From Chitinivibrionales bacterium (lineage in GTDB: Bacteria; Fibrobacterota; Chitinivibrionia; Chitinivibrionales; WJKA01), in NCBI GenBank assembly GCA_038247415.1, contig JBBRUX010000007.1:42579-106578 (forward strand): a stretch of DNA of 64,000 nt, read 5' to 3'. This document shows positions 20,069 to 30,169 of this stretch, piece by piece (within the stretch, counting starts at the first letter, position 1; each line of letters begins with the position of its first letter). Under the pieces are notes generated by a model, which worked only from the letters and a program-made list of their open reading frames with translations, was not told where the DNA came from and did not search any database. Both the position numbers and the translations under genes were made by a program.

Positions 20069-20905
20069 TCAAGTCGATTGGTTGGATGTTCCGTCGTCCT
20101 GTACTCTCATTGTTTGCAAGAGAAACTTTTTTCTGCCCACAAAAATAAAGGTTAAGAACAACGCAAACAGTCCAATACAGAGTACCTGATTATGACTCAA
20201 TGGACCAAGTCGCTCGCTGGGCGGATAAAATCTGGTTAGGTCGATGATAAATCTGAGAACAGCATAGAGCAGCCCGACAAGATAGAACTGAAATCCATGA
20301 AACGTTTTTTTACGGCCGGCAAGCAGCACAATTCCCGCAATGACAAGTCCACCCACAGATTCAAATACCTGGGAAGGCAGTAAACCTGTCGCATGTAAAG
20401 AAGCCTGATATGCTCCGGCAGGGCTATTTACAGGAAAGTTTACCGAACATATATCAGAGGCCGCTCCGTAACAGCATCCATTGAGATAACAACCAATGCG
20501 CGTGAAAAATATTCCTATACCAAGACTTGGAGCAAGAGCATCTGCATACGGCAAAAAAGGAAGTTTTTTAATCTTGAAGAAAAAGATACTCGCGGCAATT
20601 GCACCGATAAAACCGCCGTACATCACTAACCCACCAAGTCCCACAGCTCCGTCTTGAAATGGATTTATGATATTGAGAAGATTGCCACTAAATTCGCCCG
20701 GCTTTAGAAGCACATAGTAAAGTCGCGCTCCGACAATTGCAGAAATAATCAGCCAGAAAGATACGTCTGAAATAATTTCTGGCTTTAGCCCTGCTCTTTT
20801 TGCTCGTACTGTCGCAAGCCAGATTCCAACCAGGAAAGACGTTGCAAGCATTGCGCCATATGAATGAATAGGAAAACCGAAAATATGAAATAGAATTGTG
20901 TGCAT
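20069..20905 (-). CDS. lgt: Prolipoprotein diacylglyceryl transferase
   Basis: HSYG, GARLYYV, GGLVMYGG, RIGCYLNGCCYG, PSQVFE. Confidence 0.92.
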   Translation of the reverse strand: MHTILFHIFGFPIHSYGAMLATSFLVGIWLATVRAKRAGLKPEIISDVSFWLIISAIVGARLYYVLLKPGEFSGNLLNIINPFQDGAVGLGGLVMYGGFIGAIAASIFFFKIKKLPFLPYADALAPSLGIGIFFTRIGCYLNGCCYGAASDICSVNFPVNSPAGAYQASLHATGLLPSQVFESVGGLVIAGIVLLAGRKKTFHGFQFYLVGLLYAVLRFIIDLTRFYPPSERLGPLSHNQVLCIGLFALFLTFIFVGRKKFLLQTMRVQDDGTSNQST

Positions 20906-21322
20906 TTGATTCCTTTATAATTAGTTATCTATATATGACTGCGGACATCCCAATAAACGTATAGTTTTCTTGCATAGAGACGTTAGTGCCGTATCCGATT
21001 TTTAAAATCGGTAAAGTGCGTTGACCTGCATATGAATAATCTGAATTACTCTCTTATTTCGACCCAAAAAAGATGACGCTGTTTGCAGTAACTGTTAATG
21101 GTTAATGATAACCGTGATGAACTTTTCGTAACTTGAATATACCTCATATCCGCAATGAGATGAAATTATTCCCATTTGCTCTCAAATTAGATATTCCACT
21201 TGTCAATAAAATCAATAAAATCAATGAAAGGGATTGAAATTCGCCTCAATTGAAGCCACTATCTCTAAAAGCCTGCTCTTAAAAGGAGCGATCCAAGGAA
21301 TAGACCGAGTTAACTAATTCGA

Positions 21323-21338
21323 TGGCACATCAATTGCT
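21323..21338 (+). promoter_or_regulatory. Sigma-54 (-24/-12) promoter upstream of the thioredoxin cluster
   Basis: TGGCACATCAATTGCT, with exact GG-N10-GC spacing, about 50 bp before ATG 21390. Confidence 0.8.
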
Positions 21339-21389
21339 ATAATACTAAGCAAGATAAACAAATGGTTCATAAACAAAAGGAGTCGAGCT

Positions 21390-21773
21390 ATGGAACATCT
21401 CACTGTAGAGAGCTTTAAGGAAAAGGTATGCGAATGCGGTCTTGATGGAAAGAGCACTACAGAGTGGAAATTCAAGGGATCGATTCCCGCAATAATCGAT
21501 TTTTACGCTGATTGGTGCGGACCGTGCAAAATGGTTTCTCCAATCCTTGAACAACTCTCCAAAGAATATGAAGGACGATTGAATATTTACAAAGTAAATA
21601 CTGAGACCGAACGTCAACTCGCAGGCTCATTCGGGATTTCGAGCATTCCGAGCATTCTTTTCATTCCCGTGACTGGGCAGCCGCAGATGTCGGCAGGGGC
21701 TTTGCCAAAGAACACTTTGAAAAAGATGATTAGAGACGTTTTGGGTGTTGAAGAAGCCGTTGCTGTTAATTAG
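21390..21773 (+). CDS. trxA: Thioredoxin
   Basis: DFYADWCGPCK active site and SIP cis-Pro motif. Confidence 0.93.
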   Translation: MEHLTVESFKEKVCECGLDGKSTTEWKFKGSIPAIIDFYADWCGPCKMVSPILEQLSKEYEGRLNIYKVNTETERQLAGSFGISSIPSILFIPVTGQPQMSAGALPKNTLKKMIRDVLGVEEAVAVN

Positions 21774-21781
21774 CATGAGCG

Positions 21782-22294
21782 ATGAAAACTGCACCCATTA
21801 TTATGGAAAGGATGTATACAATGAAAATAAATAAAACTCAGGTTTTTGTAGGTCTTGTAATTTTGGTTGCGGCTTATTTTGTTGCCCAGCCACTATTCGC
21901 ATCCATGAAAGGTTCAGTCCCAGAATCGACAAATTTCACGAGGATAGCCACGGAGCGGGAGTTCGATTCGATCATTGAGAATGCTGGCTCAAGGCTGATT
22001 GTTCTTGATCTCTACGCAGACTGGTGCGGACCATGCCGGGTATTGCATCCAACGCTTTTAGCACTGGCAAACAAGTATGCAGGAAAAGCAAGTTTTTATC
22101 GTGTAAATGTGGATGCAAATCCAAAGATAGCGGCAGCGTTTGGTACAAATGGAATCCCTTATGTTGTATTCGTAAAAGATCGTAAGGCAATAGAATCCCT
22201 AGTTGGTGTAAACCCTTCGAAAGAGTATGAGAAAATTATTATTGGCACTATCAATCCGAATGGTCAACAAAAAGCCCCTGGGATTGCATTGTGA
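21782..22294 (+). CDS. Membrane-anchored or exported thioredoxin-family protein
   Basis: N-terminal TM segment and YADWCGPCR. The start may be 21821. Confidence 0.88.
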   Translation: MKTAPIIMERMYTMKINKTQVFVGLVILVAAYFVAQPLFASMKGSVPESTNFTRIATEREFDSIIENAGSRLIVLDLYADWCGPCRVLHPTLLALANKYAGKASFYRVNVDANPKIAAAFGTNGIPYVVFVKDRKAIESLVGVNPSKEYEKIIIGTINPNGQQKAPGIAL

Positions 22295-22360
22295 CTTAAC
22301 CCGCAATCTTAGGAGAATATCATATAATTAGCCACATGTATAAACTTAAGGAGGGATCCT

Positions 22361-22546
22361 ATGACCATATCAGTTTTAAAAAACCGATGTCCACAAAATC
22401 ATCCGTGTCCGTCAATAAGTGTGTGTCCGGTGGGGGCACTTTCACAGAATGGTTATGATGCGCCAACGATCGATCTTGCCAAGTGCACGGGGTGTGGAAA
22501 ATGTGCACGCTTTTGCCCGAGGGGTGCTCTTGTGTTGATAAATTAA
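22361..22546 (+). CDS. Small 4Fe-4S ferredoxin
   Basis: CPQNHPCPSISVCP and CTGCGKCARFCP; GGAGG RBS. Confidence 0.88.
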   Translation: MTISVLKNRCPQNHPCPSISVCPVGALSQNGYDAPTIDLAKCTGCGKCARFCPRGALVLIN

Positions 22547-22573
22547 CAAGAGTGTTTGCTCGAGATTTGAAGA

Positions 22574-22640
22574 GGGAGCTTTATTGTAGTTCATACTCAT
22601 TGAGGAATTCTCATGAGTATCAAAAAATCAATTAGCTCCC
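22574..22640. repeat. Long imperfect inverted repeat (stem-loop)
   Basis: GGGAGCT/AGCTCCC outer arms and ATACTCAT/ATGAGTAT inner arms. Confidence 0.6.
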
Positions 22641-22677
22641 CGTGGAGTTATCTGGTCATTAAACAGGAGCGCTCGCT

Positions 22678-23628
22678 ATGGGACACATTCTTTTGCAGCT
22701 CGCATTCTTTTTTATCAAGATAGGGGTGGCTTTTGTGCCACAGGGCCCCTATGTTGAAAAGATTAAAAATATTCCTTCGATCGAGAGCCAGTTTGCGGCT
22801 ATGGACCTGCAAGGTTGGGAGTATCGCACCATCGCATCATCGAAACCCGGAATGATGCACCGCTATCTCTATCATCCCGGACCTTCGATTGACGCCCCGG
22901 TATTTCTGCTTATTCATGGGATGAATCTTGACGCGCGAAATTTTCTACATCTTGGATCGCTTGCAAAAAAGTACCAATTGCTTGCGTACGACTTTCCAGA
23001 TCAAAGCCCATTTTATAATGGATCCCTCGATGGTTTTACTTTGCTATTGCAGGAGTTTCTCCAGAAACTTGACGTGCGTGACCTCCATATAGCGGGGGTA
23101 TCTTTCGGCGGCGTTGTAGCGCTGCGCTTGGCAGCAAATTCACCGGCGCTGAACATACGTTCTCTTGTTCTTGCGTCAAGTGGTGTTGTGGGGACAAATG
23201 AGCAGGAGCGTAAACGAAATAAAAATATGGGCGCTTGGGTGGCTAGTCTCAAAGATTACCAGGTCTATTGGGTAATGGAAAAGATCACCACATCATTTAT
23301 GAGGAATCTGTCAAAAAATGATGCCAAAGCGATATCATCTATTTTGCGCCTCAAGCACCCAACATTTTATCGACAGGTTGTTGCATCAACTGGGGGATAC
23401 GATGCCAGTATAGATGCGAGAAGTCTTAAATGTCCAGTACTCGTTCTTGTAGGATCAAAAGATGAGATTTTTCCACCCGGTGACACCATTGCCGTTAGGG
23501 CAAATATTCCTGCAGCCCAAATTCAAATTGTTCCTGGTGCAACGCATGCTATGACATTTGTTGCTGCTACGGATATTGGTCGCCGCATTGAAAATTTTAC
23601 ATCGGCTCATTTTCCTAATAATCACTGA
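22678..23628 (+). CDS. Alpha/beta hydrolase
   Basis: LIHG, GVSFGG nucleophile elbow, GSKD acid and GATH His. Confidence 0.9.
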   Translation: MGHILLQLAFFFIKIGVAFVPQGPYVEKIKNIPSIESQFAAMDLQGWEYRTIASSKPGMMHRYLYHPGPSIDAPVFLLIHGMNLDARNFLHLGSLAKKYQLLAYDFPDQSPFYNGSLDGFTLLLQEFLQKLDVRDLHIAGVSFGGVVALRLAANSPALNIRSLVLASSGVVGTNEQERKRNKNMGAWVASLKDYQVYWVMEKITTSFMRNLSKNDAKAISSILRLKHPTFYRQVVASTGGYDASIDARSLKCPVLVLVGSKDEIFPPGDTIAVRANIPAAQIQIVPGATHAMTFVAATDIGRRIENFTSAHFPNNH

Positions 23629-23696
23629 GAGAATCGTGTATTTTTTAGTAATGTGAACAACTTAGAATATTCAGTTTTTTTTGAGGGGAAAATTAC

Positions 23697-24854
23697 ATGA
23701 TTAAGTCGCTCGCAACGATTGTTGTCGTGGTTGTTGCTGTTATCTTTTTGTCGTTGATTTCAGTTAAGGTTCAGGGGCATAAGGAAGAAAATTCGGGAAC
23801 GAAGGCGATAGTTGTCAATGAATCCATGACCATCGGCCAATTTGGAGAAGTGAATGGTATTGCCAATCCGCATCTTAAAAAAGTTTTACAACTGGAAAGC
23901 AAAAACGATCTCAATAAAAACATTCTTCAAGCAGGGCTCACGCGCGAACAGTTGATACAAAGGTTTACTAAGGATTTAACTCTCAAAGCCGAATACGAAT
24001 CGCGTAACTGGATTAAGATCCCTTTGAAGTTTATATTGACAATAGGTGTGCTCGTGTTGGTGTTTATCTTCCTTCGCAAAAGAAAAATAACCACTACCAA
24101 CCGCATAATTTTTCTCGGTAGCTCAGTTTTTGTGTTTGGGGTACTTCTGGGATCTGACCCTAATCCAATGGGAACAGTAAAAGATGCGATTGTCCTGTTT
24201 GGAACAAAGCATGTTATTTTTCCGCCCCGAATGGTGGCCTTGACACTGTTTCTTTTAATGGTACTCCTGGCAAATAAATTCATTTGCTCTTGGGCATGTC
24301 AATTTGGTACTCTGCAGGATCTGTTGTTTCAACTTGGGCGAAAAAAGGAGCGAAACGGGAAGGTCTTTATTCCTCAATTCAAAGTACCGTTTGTTGTCAC
24401 CAATACGATTCGTGTCGTCTTTTTCGTTCTTCTGTCGGCTGCTGCTCTTTTCATTGCAGTAGACATTGTCAACCCCATAGACCCGTTTAAAGTGTTCAAT
24501 CCTGCAAAACTTGGCATCCTAGGAGCCATATTCGCGGGACTGATACTGGTAATGAGCGTTTTTATCTATCGACCCTGGTGCCACTTTTTTTGCCCGTTTG
24601 GTCTTGTCGGCTGGCTGCTAGAAAAAATAAGCATCTTTAAAATTCAGGTGAATTACGACACCTGCATTGCCTGTCGTAAATGTGAACAATCTTGTCCGTC
24701 GAGTGTGATGGGAGCTATTTTGAAGCGTGACAGAATAATTCCTGATTGCTTTCCTTGTGGCATCTGTATTGAAGCGTGTCCGACAAAATCTATTTCATTC
24801 AATAAAGGCAGAAGAACAAATCCTCCACACGGAAAATTCCATGAGGTAGGGTAG
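23697..24854 (+). CDS. Membrane polyferredoxin (NapH/MauN-like 4Fe-4S binding protein)
   Basis: CSWACQFGTLQD, RPWCHFFCPFG, CIACRKCEQSCP, CFPCGICIEACP and several TM helices. Confidence 0.9.
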   Translation: MIKSLATIVVVVVAVIFLSLISVKVQGHKEENSGTKAIVVNESMTIGQFGEVNGIANPHLKKVLQLESKNDLNKNILQAGLTREQLIQRFTKDLTLKAEYESRNWIKIPLKFILTIGVLVLVFIFLRKRKITTTNRIIFLGSSVFVFGVLLGSDPNPMGTVKDAIVLFGTKHVIFPPRMVALTLFLLMVLLANKFICSWACQFGTLQDLLFQLGRKKERNGKVFIPQFKVPFVVTNTIRVVFFVLLSAAALFIAVDIVNPIDPFKVFNPAKLGILGAIFAGLILVMSVFIYRPWCHFFCPFGLVGWLLEKISIFKIQVNYDTCIACRKCEQSCPSSVMGAILKRDRIIPDCFPCGICIEACPTKSISFNKGRRTNPPHGKFHEVG

Positions 24855-24946
24855 TAGCAACCTGATAGGTTCTTGAGTCAATAGACTTGTGGAAATGTGT
24901 ATTTGTAAATAATATTATTTTTAAAAATTAAACAAAAAGGCAACCA

Positions 24947-25549
24947 ATGAGAAAAAAAGAGTCTTCAAAAATTATTGCTTCATTGATAGTTCTTCTCACT
25001 CTGGCGTCGGCGTCTTTTGCCCAAAGCAAGGGTGATATGAAAATGGGTGTTTTAGCGATGGTTGGGGGCCGGTACGACAACATGCGAATGTGTGTCGCCT
25101 CCCCAAGTGGCACCAAAGGCGGACCTATAGCCGACATTATGTTGACCGGAAGATATGGTGTCAACGATAATGTAGGGTTTGGTGTTAACCTTCCCGTAAT
25201 GCGTCCGATTCTGTTTGGCCTTGCATTTAAGATGCTTCAGTTTGAACCGGAAATGGTGGTGGATCTCCGATCGCAGATCAATGACAAACTTGCATTTGTA
25301 TCGTCGCCATCATTGGGGATTAGTTTGCACTATGGACCCGATTATAAATCTGATCGTACAAACCGTTCCCCCTCATTTTATGCGGCTGGGCCTATTGCGG
25401 GAATTCACGTGGGATTAGGTTTGAAGGATGAAAATGGTTCGATCAAAAATATCGTCGGGATCAAACCTTTTTATGTGGCACTCTTTTCCAAAGATCATGG
25501 AACGGGTACCGTAATCGGCGGTGCACTTGAATATCAACATCTTTGGTAG
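24947..25549 (+). CDS. Exported hypothetical protein, possible small beta-barrel
   Basis: Signal peptide ending SFA-Q, beta-strand-like pattern, aromatic C-terminus. Confidence 0.6.
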   Translation: MRKKESSKIIASLIVLLTLASASFAQSKGDMKMGVLAMVGGRYDNMRMCVASPSGTKGGPIADIMLTGRYGVNDNVGFGVNLPVMRPILFGLAFKMLQFEPEMVVDLRSQINDKLAFVSSPSLGISLHYGPDYKSDRTNRSPSFYAAGPIAGIHVGLGLKDENGSIKNIVGIKPFYVALFSKDHGTGTVIGGALEYQHLW

Positions 25550-25612
25550 AAACTGGATCATTCGCAAGGCAAAAAAAGGATACGTGAAATCGTATCCGCG
25601 CTTACTTCCACG

Positions 25613-26614
25613 CTATTGGCCAACTCGCCATGGATCGCATTTATCGGGAGGAAGCGAGGATATATCGTAGATAGCGGTCTGGTTATGCCATGTGACCTTG
25701 ACTTTCGATTGCGCATGTTCCCGAGCAGCCCTGCAATACCTTGCAAGAATTCGGCAGCATAGAATAATATCACCGTCCTTTTCCACCGTACCTCTCGCAC
25801 AACATAGAGGACCACTCATCCCAACGATTTCAAGTCGATAATCGATGGGAAGGAGCATGCTCTCAAGCAGAATGTTTTCAGCTTCGTCCCTGGCGACAAT
25901 AAGTAGGAGTTTCTTAGAAATTCGAAAGTGGCGGCCGATGGAAATAAGACGCAAATCGTTCAGGGTGTATTCGCTGTTATACAAGGAGAGATCCCTGATC
26001 CGCTCAACCGCACTGTCAAAAGTCAACAAACATCCGCCTGCGGGTGGCAGATACGAAAGACCGTATGTGGCTGCGTACTCGAGCTGTGTTTTTCTACAAC
26101 GACCCTGAATTGAAAAAAGCTTGTTTCGATCGACGAGGCCATTTAATTCAGAAACAGTTGGAAAGAGTAGACCAGCGGATAGCGGACGGAGCACATATCC
26201 TTCAAGGCCTGCTTGTTTTGCAATTACATAGAGACGATCTCGTCGCTGAGACATGGGCCGCTGTCCAACAACCTCGCCCGTGGCGATAAAATCTGCCTGC
26301 CGTTGGTCAAGATATTTTTTTGCACGAACTAGTCTTCTGATCCGGCAGTCGATGCAAGGATTGGCATGCTTGCCAAAGCCGAAAATAGGATTCTTGAGCA
26401 TGCTTAAAAATTCATCGCCGTCTTCCTCAATGTGAAGTGATACGCCCAGTGCTTCTGCCGACCGGGAGATTACCGAAAGTTTGTTCTGGTTGGCCTGGTC
26501 GAAGGGTAAGACAAAATGCAGCGCTTCAACTTCGATACCCTGTTGCTGCAGAAGATGAATGGCAATGACGCTATCCAGACCACCTGAGAAGAGTGTAATG
26601 CATTTTGTCATCAA
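25613..26614 (-). CDS. PP-loop tRNA thiouridylase-like protein (ThiI/MnmA-like)
   Basis: FSGGLDS PP-loop, NPCIDCR, TGEVVGQRPMSQ, PAGGCLLT, GRHFR. Confidence 0.82.
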   Translation of the reverse strand: MMTKCITLFSGGLDSVIAIHLLQQQGIEVEALHFVLPFDQANQNKLSVISRSAEALGVSLHIEEDGDEFLSMLKNPIFGFGKHANPCIDCRIRRLVRAKKYLDQRQADFIATGEVVGQRPMSQRRDRLYVIAKQAGLEGYVLRPLSAGLLFPTVSELNGLVDRNKLFSIQGRCRKTQLEYAATYGLSYLPPAGGCLLTFDSAVERIRDLSLYNSEYTLNDLRLISIGRHFRISKKLLLIVARDEAENILLESMLLPIDYRLEIVGMSGPLCCARGTVEKDGDIILCCRILARYCRAAREHAQSKVKVTWHNQTAIYDISSLPPDKCDPWRVGQ

Positions 26615-26687
26615 TCAACCTTTTGAAATAAAAAAGAATTGTGCCACCGCAAACGGAATAATGTTTTGAACTGATCAGAAAATCTGC

Positions 26688-26724
26688 AATTTCTGGCATA
26701 TGCTAGCAACAAATTATATTTTGC
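26688..26724. repeat. 37-bp element, copy 1 (copy 2 at 51785-51821)
   Basis: AATTTCTGGCATATGCTAGCAACAAATTATATTTTGC; 32/37 identical to copy 2 by hand count. Confidence 0.75.
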
Positions 26725-26861
26725 CTTGTAGAACAACAAGCGATTGGGCCGCGTACTACATAATCAAGATCGGTATATCTTAACTGCACGTGCGCAATGC
26801 GCTGTTCGGCAATTGCGCCTGTCGTCTGTTACGGTAGCGGTGAAAATAAGAGAATATCCTA

Positions 26862-28205
26862 ATGCATAAAACAAAAACCAATCCTGAACCTAGCAGCATC
26901 TACGACCCCATTCTCGACTCGATTGCCGATGGTGTATTTACCGTTGACAAGGATTGGAATGTTACAACCTTCAACAGAGCTGCGGAGCAGATCACAGGAA
27001 CGCAGCGAATCGATGCAATTGGACGCAAGTGTTGGGAAGTATTTCATGCCGATGTTTGCGAGCGGGATTGCCTGCTTAAGAAAACGCTCAAAACCAATCG
27101 CCAATGTGTCAACAAAACGGTACATATCGTCAATAAACAGGGATCGACGATACCCATCAGTATTTCAACTGCAATTCTAAAGGATTCAACGGGCAACGTG
27201 ATCGGTGGGGTCGAGACTTTTCGCGATCTCAGTGAAATTGAAGAACTGCGCAAAGAAGTCCTTGGTAAATTTACGTATGCCGACATTATCACCCGTGACC
27301 ATCGGCTTCTTGATCTGTTCAACACGCTTCCCGTGATCGCCCGGAGCGAATCTCCCGTCCTGATTCTGGGAGAAAGTGGCACCGGCAAAGAACTGCTTGC
27401 AAAAGCGATCCATAATCAGAGCGGCAGGGGCAAAGAGCCTTTTATTGCAGTCAACTGCGGAGCGCTGCCGGAAAATCTTCTTGAATCCGAGCTATTTGGC
27501 TACAAAAAAGGCGCATTTACAGATGCAAAAGTCGACAAGCCCGGACGGTTTGAACGTGCAAAGAATGGCTCCCTGTTTCTTGACGAAATCGGCGATATGC
27601 CCAAGAGTGTCCAGGTGAAGTTGTTGCGGGTGCTTCAGGAGAAGGTGTACGAACCGCTGGGGGCCACTGAGTCTGTCAAATCCGAGGCCCGCATTATCGC
27701 GGCGACCAACCGCAACCTCGAGCAGATGGTCGAGTCGGGAGAATTTCGGCAGGATCTGTATTACCGGATACATGTGATCCCCATAACCCTTCCTCCGTTA
27801 CGTGACAGACAGACTGATATACCGCTTTTGGTCGATCATTTTCTTGCGCACTTCAATAGGGTGCATGGAAGATCCATCGAGCGACTCTCCGCCGATGCGA
27901 TGAGCGTTGTGCTTGCACACCGGTATCCCGGCAACATCAGGGAACTGGAAAACATTTTGCAGCATGCATTTATATTGTGTCAAGGAAGCGTTATTGAGCG
28001 GAAACACCTTCCCGTGTATCTTTTTGCGCCCGCAAAACCCATGCAGGCTTCGAAGGATGAACGGTCAATCGAAGCGTTTGACAAGCGTAGAATCGAGGAG
28101 TCGCTTGTCGAAAATAAATTCAACAGGACTGAGACTGCCCGTGAACTCGGGATACACGTCGCTACGCTGTGGCGGAAGATGAAGAAATATGGAATTCGGG
28201 TATGA
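26862..28205 (+). CDS. PAS-domain sigma-54 enhancer-binding activator (OrpR-like)
   Basis: PAS domain with Cx8Cx3C (KCWEVFHADVCERDC), GESGTGKE, GAFTDA, LFLDEIGD, Fis-type HTH. Confidence 0.92.
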   Translation: MHKTKTNPEPSSIYDPILDSIADGVFTVDKDWNVTTFNRAAEQITGTQRIDAIGRKCWEVFHADVCERDCLLKKTLKTNRQCVNKTVHIVNKQGSTIPISISTAILKDSTGNVIGGVETFRDLSEIEELRKEVLGKFTYADIITRDHRLLDLFNTLPVIARSESPVLILGESGTGKELLAKAIHNQSGRGKEPFIAVNCGALPENLLESELFGYKKGAFTDAKVDKPGRFERAKNGSLFLDEIGDMPKSVQVKLLRVLQEKVYEPLGATESVKSEARIIAATNRNLEQMVESGEFRQDLYYRIHVIPITLPPLRDRQTDIPLLVDHFLAHFNRVHGRSIERLSADAMSVVLAHRYPGNIRELENILQHAFILCQGSVIERKHLPVYLFAPAKPMQASKDERSIEAFDKRRIEESLVENKFNRTETARELGIHVATLWRKMKKYGIRV

Positions 28206-28222
28206 CCTGCCTGCAACATTGA

Positions 28223-28367
28223 ATTTTCTACCCTTAATCTACCGTCACGTTCAATCGAAAAGACGTTATAATGAGCAGCATGCAAAGAATCATCGGAAGA
28301 CAGGTTCTCGATTTACGAGGAAATCCCACAGTGGAAGTCGACGTGCAGCTCCAATGCGGTGCCATGG
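28223..28367 (+). pseudogene. eno: Displaced copy of the enolase upstream region plus first ~32 codons
   Basis: Gap-free alignment to 41488-41632 with about 120/145 identities by hand; translates as [31 protein letters not shown]. Confidence 0.9.
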
Positions 28368-28405
28368 AATTAGGGCCGAGGGTGGGCTCTGCAATCTCCT
28401 CTTTG

Positions 28406-28606
28406 TTACACAGCAGTTATCTTTTCCGCCAGCCCCATAAAGAACTCCCTCGACCAAAAGTCAAGGGACATTTTGTCTGTCACAAACGGAGCAACATCTT
28501 CCTTAACCTTTATGATGTCAACTTCGTTAAAACGAGATTGCAGAAGTTCAATAAGTTTTTTTAAGTCTAAAATATCATTGAGGGCAAGATGGCGGATCGG
28601 TATCAA
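28406..28606 (-). pseudogene. C-terminal fragment resembling an AbiEii/AbiGii nucleotidyltransferase toxin
   Basis: SRFNEVDIIKVKEDVAPFVTDKMSLDFWSREFF resembles the family C-terminus; the N-terminal catalytic part is absent. Confidence 0.6.
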
Positions 28607-28826
28607 ATTCGAGTTTTATTTTAAGAATTGCATCTCAATATTCTTTACAAAGGGTTCTGTGGTATCAATTTTAAGCTAATGAGATAGATCGGTAAACTAT
28701 ACGATTGAATCGTATAAATAGTATAAAAGGTATACGATACAATAATGTATATTAGACTATCTAATCAAGCCTACAGAAAATAAATTTTGTATTTTTAAAT
28801 AATACAGACACTTACAAAGATATACT

Positions 28827-29386
28827 ATGTTTCTAGTCGAAGAATCTGCGCTTGAATCTCAGTTACATCGAATCAACCCTTGGTGGGAATCCGACTCCTT
28901 CCCCGAACTCTTTCCTCGCAAAGGGATGCTCGATCGATTGCTCAATCAGCTACAGGACAAGTCGTAACAATACTTACCGGGCTTCGCAGGATCGGCAAGA
29001 CCACGCTTATGCGTATGCTTATACGGCATTGCATCGAAAACGAGATATTTACATCACGTCAAGTGCTGTACATCAGTTGCGATGATTACATTCTGGGACA
29101 TCAGTCTATACTGGAGCTTATCGATCTTTTTCGTAGAATTCATCGTCATTCCTACGATACCCGGCTTCTTATTTGCATAGATGAAATCACCTATCATCCA
29201 AGATTTGAGCAGCAACTCAAAACGCTGTACGATAGTCAAAATGTAAAGATTTACGCATCATCATCGAGCGCGTCCATGCTCAGACAGCAAAAGGCGCTTC
29301 TTACGGGAAGAAGCCGTACTATCGAGATATTACCCCTTGATTTTAAAGAATTGTTGGAAGTCGTGGGTGCTTCTATGGCAAAGTAG
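28827..29386 (+). pseudogene. AAA_14/DUF4143-type ATPase, frameshifted and truncated
   Basis: ATG 28827 gives ...RINPWW... then a stop. A second frame carries TGLRRIGKTT, CIDEI, SSSS and LTGR...ILPLDFKE, then ends early. Confidence 0.82.
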
Positions 29387-29578
29387 GAGTTTGAGCGAAG
29401 GAAAACCCATCCGGTTTCTGCAGAATTAAAGGATGAAGGCAGGATGTCGGAAAAGGCTGGTAGGATGGATTGTAGCACTTATCCATTTGCTCATTGGCGC
29501 AAACAAGAGAACTATGTATGTATTTTGTAATGGTTGGGTAAAGTCTACCCATTTCATAAACTGGATCATGGAGAAAAA

Positions 29579-29755
29579 ATGCCAGCCATATCAATGTTTT
29601 TTGGAATCATCATCTACCTCTATTACAAAGACAATAAAAAGCATCATACACCACATATCCATGCAGAATATGGAGAATTTGAGGGGGTGTTTGATATTAC
29701 CACCGGTGAACTGATAGTCGGAGAACTTCCATTTAAAATTGACCCGTTGCGATAA
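29579..29755 (+). pseudogene. DUF4160 family protein with internal deletion
   Basis: MPAISMFFGIIIYLYY..HHTPHIHAEY..GELP is joined directly to FKIDPLR; the usual helix between them is missing. Confidence 0.72.
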
Positions 29756-29757
29756 CC

Positions 29758-30006
29758 ATGATCACCAATAAAATCATATCAGCAAAACCATTGCCTCACC
29801 ATCGCGTTGAAGTAGTATTCAAAAATGGTGCCCATGGGATTTTCGATTGTACGCCCTATCTTGAAGAAGGCGTGTTTAGGCAACTTCAAGATGAACAAGT
29901 TTTCCGGTCAGTTCGCGTGGATTATGGGACATTGGTGTGGCCTGGAGAGATTGATATTGCTCCGGATACCATTGAAGCGGAATTACTGCATGATCAAGTG
30001 ACTTAG
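29758..30006 (+). CDS. DUF2442 family protein (partner of DUF4160)
   Basis: VVFKNG..FDCTPYL..GVFRQL..F..V..GTLVWPGEIDIAPDT. Confidence 0.85.
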   Translation: MITNKIISAKPLPHHRVEVVFKNGAHGIFDCTPYLEEGVFRQLQDEQVFRSVRVDYGTLVWPGEIDIAPDTIEAELLHDQVT

Positions 30007-30169
30007 ATTGTCATTTCCCTTTCGCGAACAAAAGATTTTATTGGCGAATCCTCCTGTGGAGTTGCAAATTCGTTTCAGGAAAATGGCTGAAGCGTCGGAA
30101 TCATTCACTTGCCAACGGCCAATATTTGACTGGCCGCGCCGGTACCGGCTGCTCGTAGGCACCGGGCGA

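Noticed and set aside
26631..26646. Minus-strand TGGCACAATTCTTTTT upstream of the tRNA thiolase-like gene
   Set aside because: Good -24 half but no GC at -12, so it cannot be supported as a sigma-54 promoter.
26694..26707. TGGCATATGCTAGC as a sigma-54 promoter for the activator gene
   Set aside because: GG-to-GC spacing is 9, not the required 10; better read as a palindrome within the 37-bp element.
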